Under the pieces are notes generated by a model that was given only the letters and a program-made list of their open reading frames with translations, did no database searches and was not told where the DNA came from. From Chiloscyllium plagiosum (lineage: Eukaryota), in assembly GCF_004010195.1 (NCBI RefSeq), contig NC_057719.1, positions 57,853,908-57,917,907 of the forward strand: a stretch of DNA of 64,000 bases. The letters run 5' to 3'. A program made the position numbers and the translations under genes. Shown here one piece after another: positions 37,810-50,875 of the stretch (positions are counted from its first letter, which is position 1; each line of letters begins with the position of its first letter).

Positions 37810-38110
37810 GGGGATTTCAGAGGGCAGTTAAAAGTCGATGCTGTGGGTCTGGAGTCACATGTAAGCCAGTCCAGATAAGGATGGCAGTTTTTTTCCCTAA
37901 AGGACATGAGTGAACCAGATGGATTTTTCCAACAATTGACAATGGTATTCTTAATTTTTTTAACCTCAAACTCCAGTCTTAATTTCAGATTTGTTTTCAA
38001 CTGCATTTAAATACAATTATCTGCCGTGATGAGATTCAAACCTGGGTTCCCATAATGTTACCAGGCTCCCTGGATTGTTAGTGTATGCATAATACGAATA
38101 GTAGACTAGA
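37810..38110 (-). mobile_element. tRNA-derived SINE (family of 15100)
   Basis: gggtctggagtcacatgtaagccag...gtgaaccagatgg is the reverse complement of the 15100 copy. Confidence 0.75.
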
Positions 38111-39485
38111 TTGAAGCTGATGGTATATGATTATGTGCTCCTTGCATTCTGGGTACTCACCATTCACAGAAATAAGCAACAGAAGCTCGCAGCAAATGCA
38201 CTTCAGAACTTAAGCCAAACTGCATTTCACGATAAACCTTCAGGTTGCATGTATACATAGTAATTTAACAGCACTATTTCAGCCAGACAAAAATCTGGTG
38301 CCTTGAGGTACCTTACATGACTCCCTTCTTTCAAAACTAAAAGTTTTTAATTATAATGATTCCTTACTATAATTATTACAAAAAATCTGTGGGTGGGAGG
38401 GTGAGGTAATTGGTACAGGGGGTCTCCATGCCTGTCGCACTTTCCAGCTGACAGGACAGATAAATAGCCATCTCTGACTTTGACATCTGCCAATTCTTTC
38501 TGTAACCAGATGGGAAGAGGGACACATGAATGCCTATAATGATTCCTTCAAAAATTGAGGAAATGTGATTTACAAACTTTCAGTCAATATTTTAAGAAAT
38601 TGAACACAAACGTGTTGTTAAGATGGCTGCTGCAAATCGCATGGCATGTCATTTGGACTACAGACAGTTACTGGCAAACATTTAATTAATTATGGACGTA
38701 AGTAAGGATAACTCCCAGCTATCTGTCAAATTCACATAGTTCTTTGTTTGAGGATGAGCAAAAACAAAAAGATTTTGGAGCTTCCAGATCACCTGTCTTC
38801 ACGTTTCATACTAGATAAAATGTAAATTCAATTTGTGACAAATGCAATAGAACAGCCATTGTATTATGATGGCCTGCTCCATCCAAACTAGACTGGGTTG
38901 GCTGCACTGGTGCTAAATCAACACACAGAATGTGGAATCAATATGAACGTAACATTTTTTGGAAATGACATTGGACATGTAAAAAGCCACATGGAGTGAC
39001 AGCTATAATTTTATATCTGTTTAAAAGATAAGGTTACAAGATGCAGCAAATGCATCAAATCTATTAGTCATCAGTTCGAGAACTAGATTCCAAAATGAGC
39101 TGCCAATAATCAAACCAAATAGTTAACGTGCTCAGGATTCAAAGTTCACTTGAGATTTTTAACTACTAAAAAATACGTAATCTGCTGTGAACCCTTTATT
39201 TTAAAATACCCTCACCTCAACTTCAATCCATCAAATCCATTGAAGAAATCATATGTCCAGCATGTGGGAAACAAGACATCATAAATCAGAGATTGAATTA
39301 ACCATAATCTATAAAGGTTTACACTTTTCACGTGACAAATCTTTTGAGATAGTCCAAATGGGAACCCAAAGGTTGAATCTTAGATAGTTTTTGACTAAAT
39401 CAGAGTTATGTCATTTTTATTTTGAAGGATTTTCATCATGAGGCCGAACAAGTTCCTTCACCATGTCTTACTAAACTCACCTCAT

Positions 39486-40808
39486 CAGGATGTACATGCA
39501 TTTGGAAAGGCAAGGACTGATTAGGGATAATCAACATGGCTTTATATGTGGGAAATCATGTCTCACAAACTTGATTGAGTTTTTTGAAGGAGTAACAAAG
39601 AGGATTGATGAGGGCAGAGCAGTAGATGTGATCTATATGGACTTCAGAAAGGCATTTGACAAGGTTCCCCATGGGAGATGATTAGCAAGGTTAGGCTCTC
39701 ATGGAGAAGAGCGAAAACTCACCATTTAGATACAGAACTTGCTCAAAGATAGAAGACAGAGGGTGGTGGTGGAGAGTTGTTTTTCAGACTGGAGACCTGT
39801 GACCAGTGGAGTGCCACAAGGATCAGTACTGGGTCCACTACTTTTCATCATTTATATAAATGATTTGAATGTGAGCATAAGAGGCATAGTTAGTAAGTTT
39901 TCTGATGACACCAAATTTGGAGGTGTAGTGGACAGCAAAGAAGTTTACCTCAGATTCCCACAGGATCTTGATCAGCTGGGCCAATGGGCTGAGAAGTGGT
40001 AGATGGAGCTTAATTTAGATAAATGGGAGGTGCTGCATTATGGGAAAGTAAATCTTAGCAAGACTTAATGGTAAGGTCCTAGGGAGTGTTGCTGAACAAA
40101 GAGACCTTGGAGTGCAGGTTCATAGCTCCTTGAAAGTGGAGTCACAGATAGATAGGATAGTGAAGAAGGCATTTGATATGCTTTCCTTTTTGGTCAGAGT
40201 ATTGAGTACAGGAGTTGGGAGGTCATATTGCGGCTGTACAGGACATTGGTTAGGCCACTGTTGGAATATTGCATGCAATTTTGGTCTCCTTCTTATTGGA
40301 AAAATGTTATGAAACTTGAAAGGGTTCAGAAAAGATTTACAAGGATGTGCCAGGGTTGGAGGATTTGAGCTATAGGGAGAGGTTGAATAGGCTGGGGCTC
40401 TTTTCCCTGGAGCGGTCGGAGGCTGAGTGGTGACCTTATAGTGGTTTACAAAATTATGAGGGACATGGATAGGATAAATAGACAAAGTCTTTTCCCTGGG
40501 GGTGGGGAGTCCAGAACTAGAGGGCATAGGTTTAAGGTGAGAGGGGAAAGATAAATAAGAGATCTAAGGGGCAGCTTTTTCACGCAGAGGGTGGTATGTG
40601 TATGGAATGGGCTACCAGAGGAAGTGGTGGAGGCTAGTGCAATTGCAACATTTAAAAGGCATCTGGATGGGTGTATGAATGGGAGGGGTTTGGAGGGATG
40701 TGGGCCAGGTGCTGGCAGATAGGACTAGTTTGAGTTGGGATATCTGGTCGGCATAAACGGGTTGAACCGAAGAGTCTGTTTCTGTGCTGTACATCTCTAT
40801 GAGTCTAT
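39486..40808 (+). mobile_element. 5'-truncated CR1 (HER1-like) LINE
   Basis: RT motifs QHGF..GKSCLTNL, SGVPQGSVLGPLLF, KFSDDTK; complete 3' tail. Confidence 0.95.
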
Positions 40809-42559
40809 AATTACCTACCCTGCTCCTGTGGTACCTTTCACATTCAATTTCCACAGCCATTCAGAACAACTTGCCAGTCAGTGCATATCCCAAAATTCAC
40901 CAAATTCATTCGCAGCGATGCCATCTTTAAAAGCCAGTGTGCTCTTTGACAAGCTGGAGTCAGTCTGGAGCTGCCATGAACAGACCCTGGCATTTGACCT
41001 GAGCATGGCTGGCACATGGAAATTGGCATCCAGCTTTGCAACCGGTGTCTTGGACGTCCTGCTGAAGGAATGATGGCAATGTCAGACTTAATTACTCCCA
41101 ATGCAGGACCAACAATGGAAGCCACAACATGACAGCATGACAGTCTGGTCTGACATTGATATTTGGGAATAAAGTTCCCTCAGCTATTTGGAAATATGTA
41201 TTGTACGAAGAAGGTCAAACTCCATCTCCACTCTACTAAGGTAAGGTCAACCATCTCCTATCAGGTACCTCAGATTTACTATACTCATTCCCACCACAGC
41301 TCATCCTTGACTACTCTTAACATTTCCTGCAACATCTTCCCTCAAATAGTCTCACCCAACCCAATATCCAACAGCACTAACTCTGTATGATCTCTGCAAT
41401 GCTTACTCACTCACTCAGGACACCTCCCCACCCGCATCAATACTATTATTGTGCCAACCACTTTCATCCCCCGTAATATCTGACTGTCTCTAACAGTTTT
41501 TGAGCAGATGATCGTGAGCCTGGACTGGAATCAGAGGCTTCCCCTAATTAGTTGGCTTAAAAGAGAATAAGTAACATCTCTTGGTTTTAAATGCATGAAA
41601 GCTTGCTGCAAAATTACTTAATTGTAATATATACTGCAAGGGTAAGAAAGAAAGACTTCATTCCACACAAAACATGCTGACCGCTGATAGTAAGAGAACA
41701 CATATATTCTGTCTGTGCTTGCGACTCCAAATCATGAATTCAGATGCAGTCACTCCAAACAGAAGACAAGCATTTTAAGCTGGAACAGTCTATGCTCTTC
41801 CTCAAGTTACACAATCCATGTTTTGTCTTTGAGGAGAGAAAATCCTGTGAACAGGTGACTGTGCTGTGCGTGTAACAACCTGCAAAATACTACGTAAATA
41901 CTCATGTATGCTCTGAAAGTGTCACAGCTTCTTCCAGCTTAAACATTTCCTTAATTAGCAGAGGCAATTTTTTGTTGACTATATTGCATGTTTTGTTTTT
42001 GTTTGATAAATATTATATTCAATAAAAATAGAACTTTACCTGCAGGCATATATTATTCTGTGAAATACTAAACCAAACTATTTCATATTACTGGAGGACA
42101 TGACTAGGAAGAAAAAACAGTTCCAGATCAATTACAGCATTGAACATTCTCTTTGTGTCTTTGCAAAAGATGTCATTTTAAATGACGTAGAATGGTGAGC
42201 TAGACCTACACTAAATAGTTTTTCAGAATTGTCAGCAAAAAAGATTCACTTTAATCTTACTAAACCTTCTGAACTCCTCTCAGGAGAAAATAAAGTTTTC
42301 ATTGTAAGCATTCCATGAAATTGACACTATTGTTGTCACAATTTTAAACTGATTCATCTTCAGCTATATTTAATTAGTCACAACTTGATTGTTAACTCAA
42401 TTCTCCAACAGCCGTGCCTACAAAAGCCAAAAAGGTATTGGATTGAATTGGTCCAGATACTTAAAGGACCAATCAAAATATAATATTGAAATGGAGAGGG
42501 GAAGTGGAAACTCTTCATACTACTTCATAGAAATGGTAGCACAACAGAAAGTTGCCTAC

Positions 42560-42785
42560 TGAAATAACTCCCCAGAGGCCAGTATCTCATCACCAAATTA
42601 CCCTTCATTTACATGATGGAAGTGCTTGTTACTGATCCAGCTCCCTCAGAGCTAGTACTCAGATTGAACAGAAATCTGACGCTCCTGTTTATATCTGTCA
42701 GCCAGGCTCCCTGATTGGGCCAGATTAACAAACCGAATCACGGATCTCACAGTTAATGAGGTCTGACCTTGTTACAATCAGTACA
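42560..42785 (-). mobile_element. Solo LTR (226 bp)
   Basis: TG...CA termini; flanks cctac / cccac (5-bp TSD with one mismatch); minus-strand ccaatc and gatataaa. Confidence 0.65.
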
Positions 42786-43096
42786 CCCACCATTCCTTGA
42801 GCTGAATTTTGTTGCAGTGGCGATTGTCCCAGTGGTAGGATGGGAAGTGTGTGGGTGTTCTATTCCAAGGTGGAACTGCTTACCCTGTTCAACCATATGG
42901 AGTCCAGGGATCTAGTCAATCTTGGGATTGGCAGAAAATGACCAATCCTATCATTACCTCATTGGGTCAAAGGTTCAGCTGTAATTTTTAAAAAGAACCT
43001 GGACATACACCCACTCCTGCAAGCAAGCAGCATCTGTTTGGCTCTCAAAAGGATGGTGATAAGCTGCGTGGAGACGAGTCTCAAACCAATGGAGAC

Positions 43097-43843
43097 AGAG
43101 AGTCATAGAGATGTACAGCATGGAAACAGACCCTTTGGTCCAACCTGTCCATGCTGACCAGATATCCCAACCCAATCTAGTCCCACCTGCCAGCACCCGG
43201 CCCATATCCCTCCAAACCCTTCCTATTCATATACCCATCCAAATGCCTCTTAAATGTTGCAATTGTACCAACCTCCACCACATCTTCTGGCAGTTCATTC
43301 CATACACCACCCTCTGCATGAAAAAGTTGCCCCTTAGGTCTCTTTTATATCTTTCCCCTTTCACCCTCAACCTATGCCCTCTAGTTCTGGACTCCCCAGC
43401 CTCAGGGAAAAGACCTTGTCTATTTATCCTATCCATGCCCCTCATAATTTTGTAAACCTCTATAAGGTCACCCCTCAGCCTTCAACGCTCCAGGGAAAAC
43501 AGCCCCAGCCTGTTCAGCCTCTCCCTATAGCTCAAATCCTCCAACCCTGGCAACATCCTTGTAAATCTTTTCTGAACCCTTTCAAATTTCACAACATCTT
43601 TCCGATAGGAAGGAGACCAGAATTGCATGCAATATTCCAACAGTGGCCTAACCAATGTCCTGTACAGTCGGAACATGATCTCCCAACTCCTGTACTCAAT
43701 ACTCTGACCAATAAAGGAAAGCATACCAAATGCCTTCTTCACTATCCTATCTACCTGCGACTCCACTTTCAAGGAGCTATGAACCTGCACTCCAAGGTCT
43801 CTTTGTTCAGCAACACTCCCTAGGTCCTTACTAGTAAGTGTAC
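43097..43843 (-). mobile_element. CR1 LINE 3' 750 bp (copy A)
   Basis: QRDLGVQVHSSLKVESQVDRIVKKAFG...[14 protein letters not shown]. Confidence 0.95.
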
Positions 43844-44717
43844 ATCTTACTGGTAAGGTCCTTGCAGAGGAGTAGTTTGTTGATCTGGTGGACAGTGGGA
43901 TTCCAACACAGTTGTAAGACGCCAGCACTCCTGCTCTGAGGATGACAACACTGAATACTCAGAGGATGCACCATAATTTCTTGCAAACTCCAGCAGCTAT
44001 AACTACCTCCATAGGAACACATTTGCAGTTAAATTAGGGGTCACAATCTGGTGAGAAAAGTCCTTCCTGACAGTTGGAGGACTTTTGCAGACTGCACCAA
44101 AGAGGACAACAGGCATTTGGCAATGGCCAAATGAAATCTGATGGAAATATAGATATAAATAGGGAACACCTGGCCTTGCACAACCAGTGGAGGAGTCCAC
44201 CCAAGCAATGCATTCTGCCACAACTCTGTGATGTAAGTCTATGCTTTCTCCATTGTAAGGATGACTCAGTGGCTGCTGGATAGGTATCCTGCTGCATATA
44301 AGGTGAGATTTGCATTCTGTTACTCTGACAAGGGACACTAAACAGGGCTGACAAGGTGAAAGGGAGAATGAGGCACCCTCAATCTCCTGTCAGTTGCCCC
44401 TTCTCCTCCAGGAGTAACATTGTGTACAGACTGAGACAAGGGGTGCCAGCCAACCACCTCAAAGGAATTATCTGAGGATGCTCTAAGGATGTATTTGTGC
44501 TTTTCTTAGTAACCCCAATGCCTCCAATGATGGAGATTGAGGAAAATACCATTGTACCTGAGCAAGAGCTCCTCAGTAGGCCAGCACTCATATATATACT
44601 ATTCACTTGTGGAACGTAGACATCGCTGGCTGGCCAGCATTTTTATTATCCTTCTCTAGTTGTCCTTGAGAAGATGGTGATAAGCTGCGAGGAGACTAGT
44701 CTCAAACCAATGGAGAC

Positions 44718-45279
44718 ATAGAGTCGTAGAGATGTACAGCATGGAAACAGACCCTTCGGTTCAACCTGCCCACGCTGACCAGATATCCCAACCCAATCTA
44801 GTCCCACCTGCCAGCACTCGGCCCATATCCCTCCAAACCCTTCCTATTCATATACCCATCCAAATGCCTCTTAAATGTTGCAATTGTACCAGCCTCCACC
44901 ACATCCTCTGGCAGCTCATTCCATACACGTACTACCCTCTGTGTGAAAAAGTTGCCCCTTAGGTCTATTTTATATCTTTTCCCTCTNNNNNNNNNNNNNN
45001 NNNNNNNNNNNNNNNNNNNNNNNNNNNNNNNNNNNNNNNNNNNNNNNNNNNNNNNNNNNNNNNNNNNNATTCCAACAGTGGCCTAACCAATGTCCTGTAC
45101 AGCCGCAACATGATCTCCCAACTCCTGTACTCAATACTCTGGCCAATAAAGGAAAGCATACCAAATGCCTTCTTCACTATCCTATCTACCTGCGACTCCA
45201 CTTTCAAGGAGCTATGAACCTGCACTCTAAGGTCTCTTTGTTCAGCAACACTCCCTGGGACCTTACCAGTAAGTGTATA
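44718..45279 (-). mobile_element. CR1 LINE 3' part (copy B, contains gap)
   Basis: Same extent and flanks as copy A. Confidence 0.93.
44987..45068. other. Assembly gap (N run)
   Basis: Run of n. Confidence 1.
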
Positions 45280-45659
45280 TCTGCCAAATCATCTCAGGTA
45301 ACAGGAAATAGTACTCAACAGCTTGTCTCTATCTCAGCTGTGGATGTCAGGATCACCCTGAGGCAAAGTGGTAGAATGTATAATTGCAAACGTTATGATG
45401 GCACAAAATAGCCCACCTTTATTTTGATAGCACTATAATGCTATGTATAGACATATACTGTTGATCACTTTTTTATGGGAGCTGAATAGTCACATTTTTG
45501 GGACTTTTCCATCAGATATTAGCTCATAAGGGTTTGCTGATGCTTCATTGTTAATCAATTATAACTGACGTGGAAAATATGGGCACAACACTTTTGTGTT
45601 CCTTAGAGAGATTGGCTAGTTGCATTCATTGAAAAACAGATTTTTTTTTGTTTTGTCAA

Positions 45660-45950
45660 CCATTTACTTAACTAATAATCCAGAAGCCATGGGACATTGG
45701 TTTGAATCCCACCATGGCAGATGGTGACATTTGAATTGTATAAAAAAAAACCCATAAAAAGCTTGCCTCGTGACAACTACGTAACCACTGTCGATTGTCG
45801 TAAAAAGCCATTTAATGTTCTAATGTCTTTTAGGGAAAGAAATGTCTCATTCCTTCTTGGTCTGGCCTACATGTGATTTCAGACTGTTAACTGCTTTCTG
45901 AGCAAATGGGTTTGGTAAAGAAATCCTGGTCCAAACCCAATGAAAAAATT
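45660..45950 (+). mobile_element. tRNA-derived SINE (family of 15100)
   Basis: ggtttgaatcccaccatggcagatggt...tggtctggcctacatgtga. Confidence 0.75.
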
Positions 45951-47569
45951 AATTATAGGTCAGAGAATTGTAAGCTCACTGGAAAGGCAATATGTGGTAT
46001 ACACCCATATCACCTTTCAGAAGGTTTTGTCTCAATAGTATCTTCACCCAAAGTATTTTATCCTCTGTAGACACACACACTGAGCTTTAGCTAGGTCTTT
46101 CCAGGATCTGCAGCACGCATGAAGCATTTAATATATTCTAAGTCAAAAGTGTGTGGCTTTGTTGTGGTCATTTGTATAGACTTGTTTCCTCTAAGGACTG
46201 ACAGTCACTTTTCTCATATGTGCCTGCAGATGTAGATCTGTAAGTTCCTCTGGAGAGAAGCAATGCTATTTCTGAAAACAATGACCATTAGGTCTTGCAA
46301 GAGACTCACTCTGCCTGAAATTAGGATTCAATGAGTCTGCTACAGGCCAACTTTGCTAGTTGCTGCATTGTCCTGGCATCGCCAGCTGAAGCAGCACTAT
46401 GAATTCCCTCAATATCATATGACTTTTCTCTTTCATCCTTGTCAGAGGATGAATATAGCACCTATATCTACAGGTTGGCAATTCCTCACTCTTATGCCGT
46501 ATAGGTCATGGAGGATTGCACCAGGCAACAATAATCCTGGAGACTCCCTGCAGTGTTACTGCCTATTTGAAGCAATATCTTCAGTCCAAAGGTCCACTGT
46601 TAGCATTGTTCAAACAGGGGAGACATTGTATCTTTCCTCTGGTGCACCATGTGGATTTGTCACAAGTGTAATCAGTCAGGTTTTCAGTGGATACCTGGTG
46701 TCAGTCAGGAGTGGTCCTACAGTTGCTGAGAGGGAGCACACAGCTCTGGCACCTGAGAGTGACTGAGAATGTACAAGTCATGACAGCTTCCTGGAATGCA
46801 AACACAAATCGGCAGGATGCATTTGCAGTGGTCATGGAGTGAAAATGCTCCTGGCTTATGAATGATGCTGGCTGTCCCAAGGAGCTCTCACCATCACATG
46901 CAAGCAATCAGTAGCCCCTTGGATCTGGGTAAATCCAGTTCACTGCTCTCCCTGATGGTATTCTTGTGCAACTTGGAACATCAGTAGTCTCTTAACTTTT
47001 TTTATCTTCACTTAGATAGCCTCCATTTAGATTTGCAGAATCTCTGGCACAATATCTGGCTCACCTTTGCTGAATAGAAATAAGATTCCTCTTGCTTTCA
47101 TTTCTTGTACCTTCAAATTATGAACCAACTAAGACTGCTGTTGGTTTTCAGCTCTCTGGACAACTATCCTGTTTCTTTCTTGGTTCTTTACATACATCTT
47201 TTCTCCTTCCATCAGCTTTGGGGGGTGGGGATGGAGGGCTCTTCGTATGGTATCCCCAGATATAGTTGTAAGCCTGTCATTTTCAATGAGGCTATTCACA
47301 GTCTGGAACTATTTGATAATCTTGAACTGGCAGACTTTGAAATAATGTCTTGGATGAGATGGGAACCTCCATCATCAACAGTGCTGACAGTGTCAACCCA
47401 CAATGAAGCCAGTGGATCTGTAATTTAGGATCTGCAGTAGTGAGAAAATCTTCATTCTTCAACAGTGCTTTGGTGGTTTGTCTGCATCCACCAGTTTCAA
47501 TGCATTGTCAAGTATCCAGGATGGAAGCAGAGACTGAAAATATATTAATGGCTTTTGTTTTGCTTTGAT

Positions 47570-47829
47570 AATTCCACAGCAGGTGATGGAATTAGAATTC
47601 AATAAATATCTGGAATTAAGAGTCTAATGACAACCATTGTTGATTGTCGAAAAAAAATCCATCTGGTTCACTACTGTTCTTTAGGGAAGGAAACTACAAT
47701 CCTTACCTAGACTGACCTACATGTGACTCCAGACCCATGACAATTTGGTTGACTCTTAAATGCTCTGTGGGCAATTAAGGATGGGCAAAAAATGGCCTAG
47801 CCATGCCCTCATCCCATGAACGAAAAAAA
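47570..47829 (+). mobile_element. tRNA-derived SINE, 3' part
   Basis: aattcaataaatatctggaattaagagtc...catcccatgaacgaaaaaaa. Confidence 0.8.
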
Positions 47830-49512
47830 TGCCTGTTTTTTCCTTGTATTAGATATTGCCTGTAAGTTTCCTTTGACTAGTAATTAAATCCCTCCTGGAT
47901 CATGCAACTGAGTTTCAATTGACTGCAACCAAAATATTGATAACCATTGTTCATCATCAGATAAAACTATCTCCACTTGGTCTAGTATTTAGTTTCAAGT
48001 TGATGATATGTTTGTTGATATATAGTTTGCATTCCAGAATGCATGTCTGGGATCACTAATCACACCAAAAAAGTATTTGTTGGTGGAAAACTTTCAACTT
48101 CAATAACCTTGCATATGAAGAAGTTTCCTTTGGAACCTCTAACAATAGAGGTATTACTCCAGCACATCTTCCCAAAATGGCCAATTTCTCTGCAAAGCAA
48201 GTATTCTGAAACATTAGCAGAACACCATTCGTGCTTGAAGATCTTTTTAGTGCTACAGCACTGGCAAAGTTCTATGTGTCTTACACTTTCTCTCCCAAGT
48301 ACTTTATTTGCTGATGCTTCTGTTACATTCCCATGCTGCAGGAAAAGCATGGTAACTTGAAGTTTCCTGAGCTAAGGGCCTTAATGTCTGAGTATGGCTT
48401 TGTTTTTTTTTAGGAATGTTTGTGTGTCACAAGCTATATTGCTTTTTCTAATGTAAAGTCTCCCTTAAATTGCATTAAGTCTGATGGAGATTCATTGGTA
48501 ATACCAAATGTACTCTTGTATTAAATTTACACCTTGGTCTCCACTCAAAGCCTTCAACCAGCCTGCAAAGGACATTACTAACTGGTGCACCAGGTTTCTG
48601 GAACCTTCAGTTGAATTTGCTCCTTTGCACAATCATATTACCCATCGGTTGAAATAGTTGTTGACAGTAGTTAAGACTTCAAATTTACCTGAAGACACAT
48701 TTATGCCCTCTCCAGCAATAGTATTGAGTTGACCTGTTCAGCTTCAGACTTACTGTACAGACCTGAAGCAGTCTAAATCTGAAGAATTTCCTGCTTCAAA
48801 GTGTCCGGATCTGAGTTTGATTTGGTATTTCCATGTATCCAAATCCTTCAGGTTGTATAAACGTAGGTTCCACAGCTTTCTATCTTGGAAAAGATTTACC
48901 TGAAATTTAAAAACTTTTCATCCAATATCTTATACTTTGCTGTCCTGCTCTGCACCTCTCTGTGGTCGTTGTTTCTCCCATGCAAATCCTCAACTAAGTG
49001 TGATTTTTATTTATGACGAAGTGCAAAACTATTGAAAACTATTTTGCTTTAAGTTATTTCAATAACCTCTTCATTTCTTCCCTGGAGCATCGAATATTTG
49101 CAGCCAATTTGTTTTGATTTGGTTTCCTTTTTCTTAAGGTCCAATGCTGACCAGCTTTTACTTTTGCTGCCCTTGCCATAAATCCTGTTTTTCCTGTCAC
49201 GTGCCTAGTGTGCTGTTCAAATTGACTCTTTTTAAGAGTTTATTAACCAGATCTACAATCTTTGCTTTGTATTCCAGCTCAACGTCTGCAATTGCTGGAT
49301 TGGGATTTTCTTTACAGACCACGAATCTACTGTTGTACAGCCTTGAATGACTCTGGAAGGTGAATCTCTGACTCTGGCTGCCTCTATTCTGCCAAAGGAG
49401 CAGCTTCAAAGTTCAATCATCTCTTACCAAATTCCATGATTTTTGTGCTAGTTCTACAGGTCTAAAGAATAGCCTTCTTTTAAAGTTGAATTTTCAATGT
49501 TTATGGGTCCAT

Positions 49513-49526
49513 CACTGCTGCCACCA
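49513..49526 (-). promoter_or_regulatory. tRNA-Leu primer-binding site
   Basis: Minus TGGTGGCAGCAGTG versus complement of tRNA-Leu 3' end TGGTGGCAGCGGTG (13/14). Confidence 0.7.
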
Positions 49527-50349
49527 CGCATTATACTGATTAGTCCAGCTTCAGAATGACTACTGAGTAATTAATCAGACAACAATTTGTTTATTTTATG
49601 TTAAAGAACTATATACAGTTCCATATGACCATGTCTTACTCTGCTGAAGCCATGATCATTCTGCCCCAGAATCCATCAGTTACATGTTCTCAAACACCAT
49701 CATTATGGGAGATGCTATTTACATCCTCCCAAATTCTAATGATTAAAACCCTAAAATGACACATGACATGCTAATGGATTAAAAATAATTTCCAGACAAC
49801 TACCAACGTAAAATGCAACTTTAATGCTGACATTGGGAAGCTAACATTTCACCTCCCATACAATTAAATTCCTGCCTTGTTTCCTGCTCCCAGATTTCAT
49901 TCCTTGAGCTTTCTGCTGCTAGATCATCAATGTGAATTAACAAGCTAAACTTCATGTCTCTGCCCAGTTTCTAGTACTATAAAGTTTGCAGCTCAGACGA
50001 GGCATTTAGCCAGCTTGATCTGTGCCATCTCTTTGCTGTACTAATCAAACTAAATCTCATTATCATGTTGTCTTTCTATAAATTTCTGTTTCAAATTTTT
50101 GTCCAATTTTCCTAAACAGATGCAATTGTCTTTACCACAACTATTCCCCATGGCAAAACAGTCTTTGCTCTACATCTTCTGTCTAAACAAGTTTCTCTTA
50201 ATCACCCTTTACACTAATTTAGTGATTTTTAAAAAAATTAAACTCTTCATTACTCATTTCTCAACCAGAAGAAATAGTCTTTTTCAATTCATTCTGTCAA
50301 AATCCTTCAAAATTTTAACAACCATGGATATAAAGCTAACTGAAATTGA

Positions 50350-50487
50350 TAGTGAATAGGAAGGGTTTGCAGGGATATGGGCTGGGTGCTGGCAGGTGGG
50401 ACTAGATTGGGTTGGGATATCTGGTCAGCATGGACAGGTTGGACCAAAGGGTCTGTTTCTATGCTGTACATCTCTATGACTCTATGA
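50350..50487 (+). mobile_element. Short CR1 3' end
   Basis: Near-identical to 65-195. Confidence 0.9.
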
Positions 50488-50875
50488 CAGGAGACAGAGT
50501 GTATTGGATAATGGAGGTTTTGCAGGATAAAGGAAAATTTATACTGGAGTTCTTCAGGAATTAGTGTTGCATTACCTGCAAACATATGAACATTCAAATG
50601 AAGAGCAAAAGTAGATCATTTGACATCTTAAGCCTACATTCAAGAAAATCATGACTGAATGATTTGTGTTCCGAAATTCACAATCACAAACTTTTAACTT
50701 TTGATCCCCTTACCTAATAAAGATCTATTTATTTCCAATTTTAAAATATTCAATGACACCAGCTTCCAATATATATTAATCCAGGTATATATTAATGACT
50801 GAGAACTTGGAGTGTGTAGGGCACAATTTAAAAATCTGTTGTTTGATACAAAACATGGAAACATTGTGAACTCTA

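Larger units (their letters stand above)
43860..49723 (-). mobile_element. Decayed Ty3/Gypsy LTR retrotransposon (5' LTR, PBS, gag, pol remnants) with nested LINE and SINE insertions
   Basis: Putative LTR 49528-49723 with AATAAA. PBS at 49513-49526. gag remnants SGLYSKSEAEQVNSI, GNMIVQRSKFN, DFTLEKAI. Zinc knuckle CREIGHFGKMC (48165-48200). Protease-like LKLNTR near 47980-48000. Weaker integrase-like remnants at 43900-44350. Confidence 0.75.

Noticed and set aside
42560..42800. 42560-42785 as the 3' LTR of the 43860-49723 Gypsy element
   Set aside because: No similarity to the LTR at 49528-49723, and it has its own near-TSD.
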